Both the position numbers and the translations under genes were made by a program. 64,000 nt of DNA, taken from positions 4,124,171 through 4,188,170 of the forward strand of contig NZ_CP094358.1 of NCBI RefSeq assembly GCF_022807975.1, read 5' to 3'. Positions within the stretch are counted from its first letter, which is position 1; the number at the start of each line of letters is the position of its first letter. Below the pieces are notes generated by a model that saw nothing but the letters and a program-made list of their open reading frames with translations, made no database searches and had not been told where the DNA came from. Below are positions 49,578 through 59,858 of the stretch, piece after piece. The DNA is from Abyssalbus ytuae. GTDB taxonomy: Bacteria > Bacteroidota > Bacteroidia > Flavobacteriales > Flavobacteriaceae.

Positions 49578-50234
49578 ATGAGTACTGTAATAGTTTTAGG
49601 AACTTTCCATACAGAAGTTGAAGCTTGTACATCTCAAGAGTTATTGCGTATTGTTAAACAAATATCTCCAGAGATTGTTTTTTGTGAAGCTCCTCCTGAA
49701 ATATTTCCTGATATGATAGCGGCAGAGAAGAATTTTAATACTCCAGAAATAAAAGTTATTAGAGAATTATTAAAAGAAAGCAATATTAAAATAATTCCTG
49801 TTGATGTTTATGGTATTGCCGTTGATGATAAACGTATGGATGAAATATTTGATTGGTTTGGTGAAAAAATGGAGAACTACGAGAATGCAGTTAATATTCA
49901 AATTCATGAAACATACGAAAAGGGTTATTATTTTTTAAATAGTAAAGCAAACGATAAAATTAATTTCGACAAAAAGCTAATGGAAAGAGAAATGGTTCTT
50001 AGAGAAAATAATAAAGAACTTTCTCTGGACTATATCAAATGGGTTAAATGGAATAACTATCGTGAAAATCAATGGATAGAATTAATTCATGAATATTTTT
50101 ATGAAAATAAATTCAATAGTGCTGTTTTAATGGTAGGTTCAGCTCATAGAGTTGGTTTACTGCATAAAATAATGGAATTAGAGTTTAAAGATAAATCACA
50201 TCTAACTTGGAATTTCAATTATTTGAGTAATTGA
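49578..50234 (+). CDS. Hypothetical protein.
   Basis: 218-aa ORF between an R1/R2 repeat and Gabija, with no recognisable motif. Confidence 0.4.
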   Translation: MSTVIVLGTFHTEVEACTSQELLRIVKQISPEIVFCEAPPEIFPDMIAAEKNFNTPEIKVIRELLKESNIKIIPVDVYGIAVDDKRMDEIFDWFGEKMENYENAVNIQIHETYEKGYYFLNSKANDKINFDKKLMEREMVLRENNKELSLDYIKWVKWNNYRENQWIELIHEYFYENKFNSAVLMVGSAHRVGLLHKIMELEFKDKSHLTWNFNYLSN

Positions 50235-50529
50235 TTTATTTAATAATTTCGTTTACTGGGAAAAATCTACAAAAGTTTACTCTTCTAAAGTTAATAGAAC
50301 ACTTTTTACCCAAAAAGATGGTAGGAGAGTAGGGAAATGTGTGAAATGGGATATTTCCCTACATTTTTGTTCAGAAGTGAGGGTTTCCCGTAAACAAATA
50401 CTGAATTTAATTTCTATATTTGAAAGACTCCATTGTAGTTTAAAATATAAATTACCCCTTTTAATTTATTAGTAATATAAGAACTTTAGAATGATAATCT
50501 AAAGTAAATAAAGAATACCCGTAGTTCAA

Positions 50530-52533
50530 ATGAAAAGTCCTTTTATATCTAGAGTAAAAATTAAGAATTTTCGAAATTTCTTAGATGTTGATGTCAAATT
50601 AAATCATAAACAAGTTATAATAGGAGAAAATAGTATTGGGAAAACAAATTTTTTAAGGGCAATTCAAATTATACTAGATAAAGGATTTACGGATTACAAT
50701 CGTCAACTTGATTCGAGTGATTTTCATGATAGTTTAGTTGATCCTATGGAGAATGGAGAGGAAATAACAATAACTATTGAAATAAGAAATTATGAACATA
50801 ATAGACAATTGGTAGCTCAATTTGAAGATGCCGTAGTTTCTACTGAACCACCAACTTTACAACTTAATTATAAATATTACCCAATTAAAGACGAAAATGA
50901 GTTGATTTTGAGATATCAATACGTTATTTATAAAGGTATCAATGAAGAAAAGCATTTTAAACATGATGATAGAAGCTTATTAAATATTAAAGTCATTGGA
51001 GCGTTAAGAGATGTCGAAAGAGAGTTAAATTCCAACAGAAACTCTCCTCTTTATAAACTGGTCAAGCAGTATGATATAGACCAAGATGAATTAATAGACA
51101 TTTCAGAAGAAATGAGATCGGCTGCCGATGAAATTTTGAATTTAGATGAGATAAGAGATATCAAAAAAATCATTGAGGAAAAATTTTCAACATTAGCAGG
51201 TTTACAAAGAGATAATACGGTTAATCTGCGTCCTTATGATATTGATATTGAGAGATTGCTTTATACCATTCAGGTATTCATGGGATTAAAGGAACGTCCC
51301 GTATCAGAACTCAGTTTGGGCTTAGCAAACATTCTTTATGTTTCATTAATGATGCTTTTATTGAAGGATAGAACTGTACCTCGTATAATAAAAAATGAGG
51401 ATTATCAAGGGCTAATTGATAAAGATGATGGTGAAATAATGACTGAGTGTTATGATATAAGTACTTCTGAAATAAATTATATTATAAAGGACGATATTAA
51501 CTTAGATACTCAAAAAAAACTATATGCTTTTTTTGATAAAAACAATTACCAACCACATACAATTACAATACTAGCTTTAGAAGAACCAGAAGCGCACCTA
51601 CATCCTGTTTTACAAAGATTAATATATAGAGAGGTATTGCATAAGAGTGAAAACTCTGTAATTTTTACTACCCATTCACCATATATAACAGCTATTTCTC
51701 CTTTAGAATCAATTGTTCATGGTAGATATGAAGATGAGCAAACAAAAATGTTTTCAACTTCAGATTTGAAATTGGAACAAAAAGAGAAGGAAGATATTGA
51801 AAGATATCTAGATGCTAAAAAAGGTGAAATATATTTTGGTAAGGGAGTTCTTTTGGTAGAAGGAATTACCGAGGAATATATAATACCAAAAGTTGCTGAA
51901 TTAATGGGAACGTCATTAGATGATTTAGGAATTATTGTTTGCAATATACATTCAACCAATTTTAAACCTTATGTGCAAATCCTGAATTCATTAAAAATTC
52001 CTTGGTGTTTAATTACTGATGGAGATTTTTATGAATTAGAAATCCAAGATGATAATGGAAAAGAAAAAAAGAAAAAACATTATCATCGTAATTGGGAAGA
52101 AGGTAAACCACAAAATTTTAGAGGTTTAGAGTTGATGAATAAAATGCTAGTTGACCTTGAAATAATAAAAGATGAAGATATTCCTAGTACAAATTTTTCA
52201 GAACAATTTGATTTATTGAGTGAAAATGGATGTTTTGTTGGTTTTTATACGTTTGAGGTGGATTCTATGCATGTTACAAATGAAGAAGGATTGGAAACTT
52301 TTAAAAAAGTTTATTCTGAAGTTAGGACTGGAGGAGAAAAAGAACAAGAAAACTTTAATACTGAATTAGATAACAAAAACTTTTGGAATGGTTTAAAAAA
52401 AATAGATAACAATATAAGCAAAGGTAGATTTGCACAACGTCTTTCAGCACATTTAACAATTGAAATGGTTCCTGATTATATTATAAATGCCATAAATGAA
52501 ATAATTAAGAAAGTTAAGAATATTCATGAATAA
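50530..52533 (+). CDS. gajA: Gabija GajA, an OLD-family ATPase fused to a TOPRIM nuclease.
   Basis: N-terminus ISRVKIKNFRNF...GENSIGKTNFLRAI, the ABC-like ATPase of OLD proteins. A Walker-B/D-loop region LEEPEAHLHP. A TOPRIM region LLVEGITEEYIIPKV...CLITDGD. Confidence 0.8.
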   Translation: MKSPFISRVKIKNFRNFLDVDVKLNHKQVIIGENSIGKTNFLRAIQIILDKGFTDYNRQLDSSDFHDSLVDPMENGEEITITIEIRNYEHNRQLVAQFEDAVVSTEPPTLQLNYKYYPIKDENELILRYQYVIYKGINEEKHFKHDDRSLLNIKVIGALRDVERELNSNRNSPLYKLVKQYDIDQDELIDISEEMRSAADEILNLDEIRDIKKIIEEKFSTLAGLQRDNTVNLRPYDIDIERLLYTIQVFMGLKERPVSELSLGLANILYVSLMMLLLKDRTVPRIIKNEDYQGLIDKDDGEIMTECYDISTSEINYIIKDDINLDTQKKLYAFFDKNNYQPHTITILALEEPEAHLHPVLQRLIYREVLHKSENSVIFTTHSPYITAISPLESIVHGRYEDEQTKMFSTSDLKLEQKEKEDIERYLDAKKGEIYFGKGVLLVEGITEEYIIPKVAELMGTSLDDLGIIVCNIHSTNFKPYVQILNSLKIPWCLITDGDFYELEIQDDNGKEKKKKHYHRNWEEGKPQNFRGLELMNKMLVDLEIIKDEDIPSTNFSEQFDLLSENGCFVGFYTFEVDSMHVTNEEGLETFKKVYSEVRTGGEKEQENFNTELDNKNFWNGLKKIDNNISKGRFAQRLSAHLTIEMVPDYIINAINEIIKKVKNIHE

Positions 52534-54379
52534 ATTATTTTATAGAGACCAAAATCTAATTGAAAATGACGAAAGTCAATGGGAAGCATATAATTCAAAT
52601 GGCAATACGGTAGTCATTGCTGGTCCCGGAAGTGGTAAAACAAGGGTTTTGACATTGAAGGCAATTAAATTAATTCAATCAGAAATACATTCTCCATCAG
52701 GTCTTGCTTGTATTAGTTATAGCAGAGAAACTGTTAGAGAATTAAAAAAACGTTTAAAAGAGTATGGTTATCGAAAAAACCAATATGATTTTATTGGAAC
52801 CATGCATGGGTTTTGTCTAATACATATACTTCAGCCTTTTGGACATCTATTTCCAGAATATAATATACCAGTACCATTAAAAATAGCTTCGAATGATTTA
52901 GTACGACAAATATATAATGGCGTATTAGCAGAATTAAATGTTGAGCAAATTGCTATATCAATTACCGATATTAATAAACAAAGATCCTTGTCATTTAATG
53001 GTAGTAGCGAAGTACAAATCCAAACTAATGCGTTTGAAGTACAAGCAGCTGAGCTTTTTGAAAGAAAATTATTTGAAACTGGGACAGTTGATTTTATCAG
53101 TATGGTAAATATTTCTACAAAAATGATTCGGGAGCAGGATTACATCAAAAAAACTTTAGAAGCAAGGTTTCCCTGGATTCTTATTGATGAGTATCAAGAT
53201 TTAGGAAAAGCATTGCACGAAATTGTATTAGAACTTAAGACTCAAACTGGAGCAAAAATTTTCGCAGTAGGGGATATGAATCAATCTATATATGGATTTA
53301 ATGGTGCTTATCCAGATTTTTTAAATGAATTAGACACAATGCCAGATTTTAAATCTATCCCTTTAACTTCGAACTATAGAAGTAATCAAGATATAATAGA
53401 GGGGTCAATTGACACATTAGCATTGAAACCACCTCGCTTGAAATATGCTGCAAAAAAACGTATAGATGAAAGAGCAGAATTAACATTTATTACTTGTGAA
53501 GCGGAACGACAAGAGCAATATGAGGTTGTGACAAAAAAAATAATACCTAAGTTGATTGAAAAGGGAATTTCATATAAAGACATTGGTATATTAGTGGGCT
53601 CAAATTCCTTTTTTTCTCCTGAAGTTACAGAAATGGCTACAGCATTGAAAGATGAAAATATTCCTTTTTTTATAGTAAAGTGGACTTTCTCAAACACTGA
53701 CATAGTATTTTGGTTACAAGATTGTGCTCAATGGTGTTTAGATAAAACAAAACAATCGTTCGATGAGCTTTTCAAGTTTTGGTATTTACAGCTTGAGCTG
53801 CATAATGATGATAAAATTTTATGGGAGGAAATTCGACTGAAATCTTTATTTCATGAAGTCTTAACAGAAAGTAAATTAACTTCGGATGTACTTTCTTGGT
53901 TAGAATTCATTTTTGATAAATTAAATCTTAGGGACATGTTAGCTGATTCAATTAGGTATCCTGATGAAAATCATAATTTGGATTTATTACTGGATGAGGC
54001 TAGAAACAAAAATTTAAAGGAATCTAAACTAGGTAGATTTGCGTATCTAGGAGAGCCAGAAGATGAAGTTACAGTAACTACAAGGCATAGCTCAAAAGGA
54101 TTAGAGTTTGAGGTTATAATTTTATTAGGAATGGAGGAAGGTAGGTTTCCTTATTATAATATAGAAGAAGGCTCTAGAGAAATGGAAGAAGCACATCGTT
54201 TGTGCTATGTATGTATTAGTAGAGCAAAAAGTGAATGTATATTATTACGTTCAAAAAAAATAACAATTAACACAAGAAATGGACCATGGTTAAAAGATTA
54301 TGAAGCATCACGTTTTTGGAATATTTTAATTGAAAGGTTTGGAACCGAAGAAAATACGTATGAATCTAAAGATTATTAA
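52526..54379 (+). CDS. gajB: Gabija GajB, a UvrD-like superfamily-1 helicase.
   Basis: Walker A VVIAGPGSGKTRVL. Motif II ILIDEYQDLG. C-terminal UvrD motifs TRHSSKGLEFEVIILLGM. It overlaps gajA by 8 bp. Confidence 0.8.
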   Translation: MNKLFYRDQNLIENDESQWEAYNSNGNTVVIAGPGSGKTRVLTLKAIKLIQSEIHSPSGLACISYSRETVRELKKRLKEYGYRKNQYDFIGTMHGFCLIHILQPFGHLFPEYNIPVPLKIASNDLVRQIYNGVLAELNVEQIAISITDINKQRSLSFNGSSEVQIQTNAFEVQAAELFERKLFETGTVDFISMVNISTKMIREQDYIKKTLEARFPWILIDEYQDLGKALHEIVLELKTQTGAKIFAVGDMNQSIYGFNGAYPDFLNELDTMPDFKSIPLTSNYRSNQDIIEGSIDTLALKPPRLKYAAKKRIDERAELTFITCEAERQEQYEVVTKKIIPKLIEKGISYKDIGILVGSNSFFSPEVTEMATALKDENIPFFIVKWTFSNTDIVFWLQDCAQWCLDKTKQSFDELFKFWYLQLELHNDDKILWEEIRLKSLFHEVLTESKLTSDVLSWLEFIFDKLNLRDMLADSIRYPDENHNLDLLLDEARNKNLKESKLGRFAYLGEPEDEVTVTTRHSSKGLEFEVIILLGMEEGRFPYYNIEEGSREMEEAHRLCYVCISRAKSECILLRSKKITINTRNGPWLKDYEASRFWNILIERFGTEENTYESKDY

Positions 54380-54944
54380 TTATTATGTAAAATAGAACCT
54401 ATAAGTTTAAAACGGCCTCAGAAAACTTTGGAGAAAACAATAGGCAAAGGAGTGTCATATTTTAGAGGGGTAGCAATACATTTTCTTTATTGTGATCAGG
54501 GTTAAAGTTAGTTCTGAACAATCTTAAGACGTTCTAATGTTTTCAAAAATATAGCGAGTGAGCCGTGATTGTTTCCAAACGTTTAATGAAGCCTTGATTT
54601 TTTTGTTTCTTTTTTTATCAAGAAAAAAAGATAATGCACCATTTTAAAAGTGTCGAATTGAAAACAAAATTATAGCAAGTGCTTAGAAATTTGTTCATAG
54701 ACAAATTTTAAGCTGTTGTGGGAATTTACGAGAATGCTCTGAAAAATTTTGGAACGTATATTTCCTTGAATACGCAATTTAAATAAGAAGCTAAAAGCTT
54801 TTGCTTTTTTTGGCGTTGGCAAGCGATGGATAATTATTCGCCAAATTTCTATTTTAAATTAAGGAGCTCATGAATGCTTCGCATTTGTGTGTAAAATAAA
54901 TTGATTTTATAAAACAATCGAGCGCTTGGTAGTGGCAAATTTAC

Positions 54945-55215
54945 ATAGCGACAAATTATGGAACAAATGAACTGAGAATTCCATATTTAAAATTTTAATG
55001 ACCCCAAGTACTGAATATTGTAATGAAATTAAACAGCTTCTGGGATATTTTACATAATAGAGAATTATAGCTAACGAATTAAAAATAAACAAGTCATAAA
55101 ACGGCTGTGACATAATTGTTGACGATATAAAACACTGCGTGTTGTTATATCTACAATTATATCAAATACGCGGTATTCGCCGTTTTACTAAAAAACATTA
55201 TTTTTGAATGATAAT
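54945..55215. repeat. Intergenic repeat of family R2, with an adjacent hairpin.
   Basis: cacttttacatagcgacaaattatggaacaaatgaactgagaattccatatt, also at 23945-24000. ttgacgatataaaacactgcgtgttgttatatctacaattatatcaaatacgcggtattcgccgttttactaaaaaacattatttttgaatgataat, also at 24005-24100. Confidence 0.8.
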
Positions 55216-55328
55216 TTACATTATGTAAAATAGAAAATATTTGAGTGTACTCTATTCTGTATTAAAAAACCGGGAATAAAATATTCTTTATTCCCGGTGT
55301 AATCAAATTAACTTAAAAATACTAATGT

Positions 55329-57167
55329 TTAAAAAGGCCAGATTACCGGTACTAATAACAAAGTAACTATAAAAAACAATAACAATAACGGTCCGCCAAC
55401 CTTAACATAGTCAATAAATTTATAATTTCCCGCACCCAACACCATGGCATTGGTTGTTGTGCCAATGGGTGTTAAAAATGCTGTTGAGGCACTTATGGCT
55501 ACAACTATCATAAAAGGTTTTGGTGAAATTCCCAAAGATGTTGCCGCCACAAATGCAATTGGTGCCATTAACACGGCTGTAGCCGAGTTATTTATGGTCT
55601 GGCTGAATCCTGTAGTCAGTAAAAAAATACCACCTAACAGTACTACGTGGCTTATTCCCCCCAGGGATTTTACAAGGCTGTCTGCAGCCATTTGTGCCAC
55701 GCCTGTTTTTTGTAATGCGACTCCCATAGGTATCATGGCCGCAATCATTACCACACTGGTCCAGCTAATATCTTTATAGGCTTTTGATATGGGTACACAG
55801 CCGGTTAATAAACATATACCTGCACATACCAGTGCTGCTATGGCTCCGGGCATTATTTTCAGCACTAATAACAGTATCATTAATACCAATGTTCCTAATG
55901 CGATATATGATTTTGGGGTAAGTTTATCAACATCTTTAGCCATTTTTTCGGGGCTACCGGAAATTACCACCTGTGTATGAACCTTTTGGAGGTTTTCTAT
56001 ATTTTCCCATGAACCCCTTATAATAAAGGCATCACCGGCTTTAATTTTAATGGTGGTATCATTTATAGGTTCATTATCGCGGGAGGCTCCAATGAGCTGT
56101 ATATCATAATTTTCAAGATACTGGCCTAAAGGAATATTTTGCCCCACCAAGGTAGAACTTGGTGTAATGATCATTTGTGACAGGCCAATTTCATGATTGA
56201 TAAATTCTGCTTTTAATTCATCCTGGTTAAATTCCTGAGGTATAAGCCCCAGTTTAAAGGACCTCATAAAGGCGTCTACATCTTTTGTACTTCCTGTTAC
56301 GGTAATTATATCGTGATACCTCATTTCGGTTTCCTTATTAGGAAGCTCTACAAAAGGCGGTACTCCTTTTAGCAGATTAGGATGCCTTCTACGCAATCTC
56401 ATAATACAAATACCGTGTTGATTTTCAAAATCCCAGTCCCCTATTTTTGTGTCAATAAACGGCGACATGGAACGTATACGCAGCCTGTATAATTTTTTTC
56501 CTATGCTATAATCTTTAATCCATTTATGCATTTCGGAGTCTATATTAACCGGTTTGTTATCGGTTTTTCTGCTGGGCAGCAAATGGCGTCCTATATAGCG
56601 AAAATATATAATAGCAATAATAAGCAGCGGTACCCCTATAAGGCTGAATTCAAAGAATGAAAAGCCTTCGTAACCTGCCTCTACCAAGGCATTACTGGCA
56701 ATAATGTTTGGAGGCGTACCTGTTAATGTTAAGAGTCCGCCGGTGTTTGAGCCGAATGCCACCGGCATTAATAATTTGGAAGGTAAAGTTCCTGCGTTCC
56801 ATGCGGCAGATACCGTTACGGGCAATAAAGCTGCCACGGTACCGGTGTTACTAACAAAGCCCGATAAAATACTGGAACCCAGAGTTACAATAACCAATAG
56901 TTTTGATACACTTTTTCCTGCCCACGATACAAATTTTTGTCCTGCTACTGCGGTCCAACCTGTTCTGGCAAGCCCCTCTCCTATAATAAAGAGGGCTGCG
57001 ATCATTATTACTGTGGGATTACTGAAACCGCTCAACGTTTCACTTAAATTTAAAATGCCTGTTAAAAAAAGTGCAATCATAGACATTAATGCTACCACAT
57101 CCGGGGGAAACTTTCCCCAAATAAAAAAAGCAATGGTAAGAAACAGAATAACTAATAATAAAGTCAT
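55329..57167 (-). CDS. SLC13/DASS-family anion:Na+ symporter with two central TrkA-C domains.
   Basis: 612-aa polytopic protein. The N- and C-terminal permease halves are separated by a soluble region of about 180 aa (residues about 210-390). Overall this is the typical SLC13 architecture. Confidence 0.7.
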   Translation of the reverse strand: MTLLLVILFLTIAFFIWGKFPPDVVALMSMIALFLTGILNLSETLSGFSNPTVIMIAALFIIGEGLARTGWTAVAGQKFVSWAGKSVSKLLVIVTLGSSILSGFVSNTGTVAALLPVTVSAAWNAGTLPSKLLMPVAFGSNTGGLLTLTGTPPNIIASNALVEAGYEGFSFFEFSLIGVPLLIIAIIYFRYIGRHLLPSRKTDNKPVNIDSEMHKWIKDYSIGKKLYRLRIRSMSPFIDTKIGDWDFENQHGICIMRLRRRHPNLLKGVPPFVELPNKETEMRYHDIITVTGSTKDVDAFMRSFKLGLIPQEFNQDELKAEFINHEIGLSQMIITPSSTLVGQNIPLGQYLENYDIQLIGASRDNEPINDTTIKIKAGDAFIIRGSWENIENLQKVHTQVVISGSPEKMAKDVDKLTPKSYIALGTLVLMILLLVLKIMPGAIAALVCAGICLLTGCVPISKAYKDISWTSVVMIAAMIPMGVALQKTGVAQMAADSLVKSLGGISHVVLLGGIFLLTTGFSQTINNSATAVLMAPIAFVAATSLGISPKPFMIVVAISASTAFLTPIGTTTNAMVLGAGNYKFIDYVKVGGPLLLLFFIVTLLLVPVIWPF

Positions 57168-57191
57168 ATTAATATAACAATTTGAATTTTT

Positions 57192-57232
57192 TATTTAAAA
57201 AAAAGTCCTTACTTAATCTATAGTAAGGACCG
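57192..57232 (-). terminator. Rho-independent terminator for the Usp gene, reading on the minus strand.
   Basis: Perfect 9-bp stem gtccttact/agtaaggac with an 8-nt loop. It is followed by a T-run on the minus strand. Confidence 0.6.
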
Positions 57233-57998
57233 GTACTTTTGAACGCATTACAAGGAGTTTTGTGAGTCGGCCTTCTGAAGGCGTACTCTTTTTGGCGTGA
57301 TTTTTAGGAAGAATTGCCAGCATATCTATATTTTTGTTTTCCACGTACTCAAAAATACCATCCAGTATATCTTCATTTTCAATAAAAGTGTGGTGAGAAT
57401 AAAATTTTTCCAGATAGTATTCTAAAATACTTTCATTTTTTTCATCGGTTTTAGTATAACCATAAGTGCCCGGTTTATTTTGTATGGTAAGTACATGCAC
57501 TTTAGCATCGAACCGGCGGGCTGCGTTTAATAAAATGCCCAAAACCAGGGAATCGTCAATTTCATCGTTCCCCAATACCAGGGCTATGTTTTTTACTTTC
57601 TCCATTTCATAGGATTCGGGGATTATGAGTACCGAAGCATCTACTTCCATAGTTACATCCGAAGCATTGGTAGTAGCGGTATCATCTTCAGAGCCCGAGG
57701 TGCCCATAATGATCAGTTCAATATTATTGTTTTTTTGAATCTCTACAATAGCTTCTTTTAAACTCCCCTTCCCTATTATCCATCTCATTTGTTGTTTTAT
57801 TTTATTTGAATAGCTTTCACGGAGTTTTTCAAATGATTCTTCCAGGCTTTGACTGGATTTTTCGTCACCGGATTTGGGTACATGTACCAAAATAATTTTT
57901 ATATCATCTTTTGCAATAAAATTTACCGCATAATCCAAGGCGTTTTTTGAAATAACCGAAAAATCAAAAGGAACTAAAATATTGGAAATTTTATCCAT
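57213..57998 (-). CDS. Tandem universal stress protein (UspA family).
   Basis: Two Usp domains. The G-rich ATP-binding motif LIIMGTSGSE is present. Confidence 0.7.
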   Translation of the reverse strand: MDKISNILVPFDFSVISKNALDYAVNFIAKDDIKIILVHVPKSGDEKSSQSLEESFEKLRESYSNKIKQQMRWIIGKGSLKEAIVEIQKNNNIELIIMGTSGSEDDTATTNASDVTMEVDASVLIIPESYEMEKVKNIALVLGNDEIDDSLVLGILLNAARRFDAKVHVLTIQNKPGTYGYTKTDEKNESILEYYLEKFYSHHTFIENEDILDGIFEYVENKNIDMLAILPKNHAKKSTPSEGRLTKLLVMRSKVPVLTID

Positions 57999-58242
57999 TG
58001 TACAAGTTGTTTTTTAGGTTTGTTATATTTTTATCAATGTTTGATTATGGTTGTTGTTTTACAAAATAAAATTACTATATTATTCTTTGTTTTCAGTATA
58101 ATTAAGAAGAGAATATTAAAACTTATTCACTTTGTGATTTAGAGGATAAAACTATAAAACAACTATGTTTTTAAAGATGACATAAATCATTTTAGCAAGA
58201 ACATATTTAACTAACTTATACCCAAAATCAAAAATTAAGAGC

Positions 58243-58674
58243 ATGTTAATCAGCAACCCCTACAGTGAAGATTTTAAAGTAAGGAACCACTCTCATTTTG
58301 CCTCTATAGTAAGAGTGTTTTTAGAAGATGGCGATTTACTTGAGGATGAAAACATTTTTCTTAAAGACTTATCTGAATTTCTGAATATCAATAATGAAGA
58401 GTATGAACACATTTTAAAACATTATCATACTTATCCTCCTTATCCCGTTTATACATTTAACAGCAGGTTTGAAAGGCTATACGATCTGGCCTCAATGGTT
58501 TATTCCGAACCCTATGAAGAGAAAAGGCAGGATTTTTTAATGAGGAGATTAGCCAAGGCTTTAGGGTTTAGGGACGAAAACCTTGTATACATTATAGGAA
58601 AAACCAAAAGTTTACTGGCTTTAGAGGTAAATGCAGAAGAGTTTATTGACGAAATGAATAATATGTACATATAA
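58243..58674 (+). CDS. Hypothetical protein.
   Basis: 143-aa ORF. Confidence 0.45.
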   Translation: MLISNPYSEDFKVRNHSHFASIVRVFLEDGDLLEDENIFLKDLSEFLNINNEEYEHILKHYHTYPPYPVYTFNSRFERLYDLASMVYSEPYEEKRQDFLMRRLAKALGFRDENLVYIIGKTKSLLALEVNAEEFIDEMNNMYI

Positions 58675-58832
58675 AAGTTACTACATAAAAAGTTCCATTT
58701 ATTACTTAAGAGGTAATAGTTTTTCTAATTTTTCTTATTTTCGGGGCTTAAACAGGCCCTGTTTTTATATTTGGCATAAAAAATGGTAATGTATTAAGTA
58801 GATTATATTAACCTGCATTTTATCTATGTGTT

Positions 58833-59369
58833 ATGAAATTGAAAAAGTATTCTTTAAGTATTTTAGCTTTATTATTAATTACTTTCGCAGTTACTGCCCA
58901 GGAAAACCTTATAAGGACAGATCCTAATACTTCGTATGTTAATTTTAGTATAGAAGGTGAAAATATAAGTGGAACCATTGCCGGGGTTGACACGTTTATA
59001 ATATTGGATAAGGATCATCTTGATAAGTCTTCAATTCAGGGTTCTGCCACGGTAAAAACCATTAATACCGGTAATTTTATACGCGATAAAAAATTATTGG
59101 GGAAAAAACACCTTAATGAGAAAGAGTTTCCTACCATTACTTTTGAAAGTACCAATATACAGGAGTTAGAGCCCAATGTATATATGGTTGAGGGAGATTT
59201 AACCATTAAAGATATTACGGAGAGAATTTATGTAGAAGCTGTTTTTGCCGAAGACCGGATTCAGGCATTATCCCATTTTAATACTTTTGATTTCGAACTT
59301 TCCTTTAAAGGAGATGAGCACCATAAGGTTGATCTTTACTTTGAATTATTTTACCCGGATACCGAATAA
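58833..59369 (+). CDS. YceI-family periplasmic protein.
   Basis: Signal peptide. YceI-like pattern VNFSIEG...ISGT...GNFIRDKKLLGKKHLNEKEFPTITFEST. Confidence 0.6.
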   Translation: MKLKKYSLSILALLLITFAVTAQENLIRTDPNTSYVNFSIEGENISGTIAGVDTFIILDKDHLDKSSIQGSATVKTINTGNFIRDKKLLGKKHLNEKEFPTITFESTNIQELEPNVYMVEGDLTIKDITERIYVEAVFAEDRIQALSHFNTFDFELSFKGDEHHKVDLYFELFYPDTE

Positions 59370-59557
59370 GGTTCATTTTTTATTTTATAAGAGTTATCAT
59401 ATTTTTCACATTTCGTAACTTAGGTTACATACTTCTGCCGGGGTGTTTTTTAAATTTGTCCACAACCTCAAAGGTTATATAACGGCATTTTTAAAAGCGT
59501 TTATAATATGCAGGAATGCCTGAAGTTTAAGGTAAATCTTTTAAAAAAAATATTAAA

Positions 59558-59857
59558 ATGAAAAGTAATTTTAGCCAGATAATAAATAGTGATAAACCGG
59601 TACTGATAGATTTTTTTGCCGATTGGTGCGGGCCCTGTAAAATGTTAGCTCCTATTTTAAGGGAAGTAAAAGAAGACCTGGGAGATGATGTGAGTATTAT
59701 TAAGATTGATGTGGACAGAAATCAAAATTTAGCGGCCCAATACCAAGTAATGGGGGTTCCTACAATGATGTTGTTTAAAGAAGGAAAAATGCTTTGGAGG
59801 CAATCCGGAGTAATACCAAAACATCAACTGGTGGACATTATAAAGTCGCATTCCTGA
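59558..59857 (+). CDS. trxA: Thioredoxin.
   Basis: WCGPC active site, 99 aa. Confidence 0.85.
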   Translation: MKSNFSQIINSDKPVLIDFFADWCGPCKMLAPILREVKEDLGDDVSIIKIDVDRNQNLAAQYQVMGVPTMMLFKEGKMLWRQSGVIPKHQLVDIIKSHS

Positions 59858-59858
59858 A

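Noticed and set aside
54907-55113. 68-aa ORF on the minus strand
   Set aside because: It lies entirely within the R2/R3 intergenic repeat copies.
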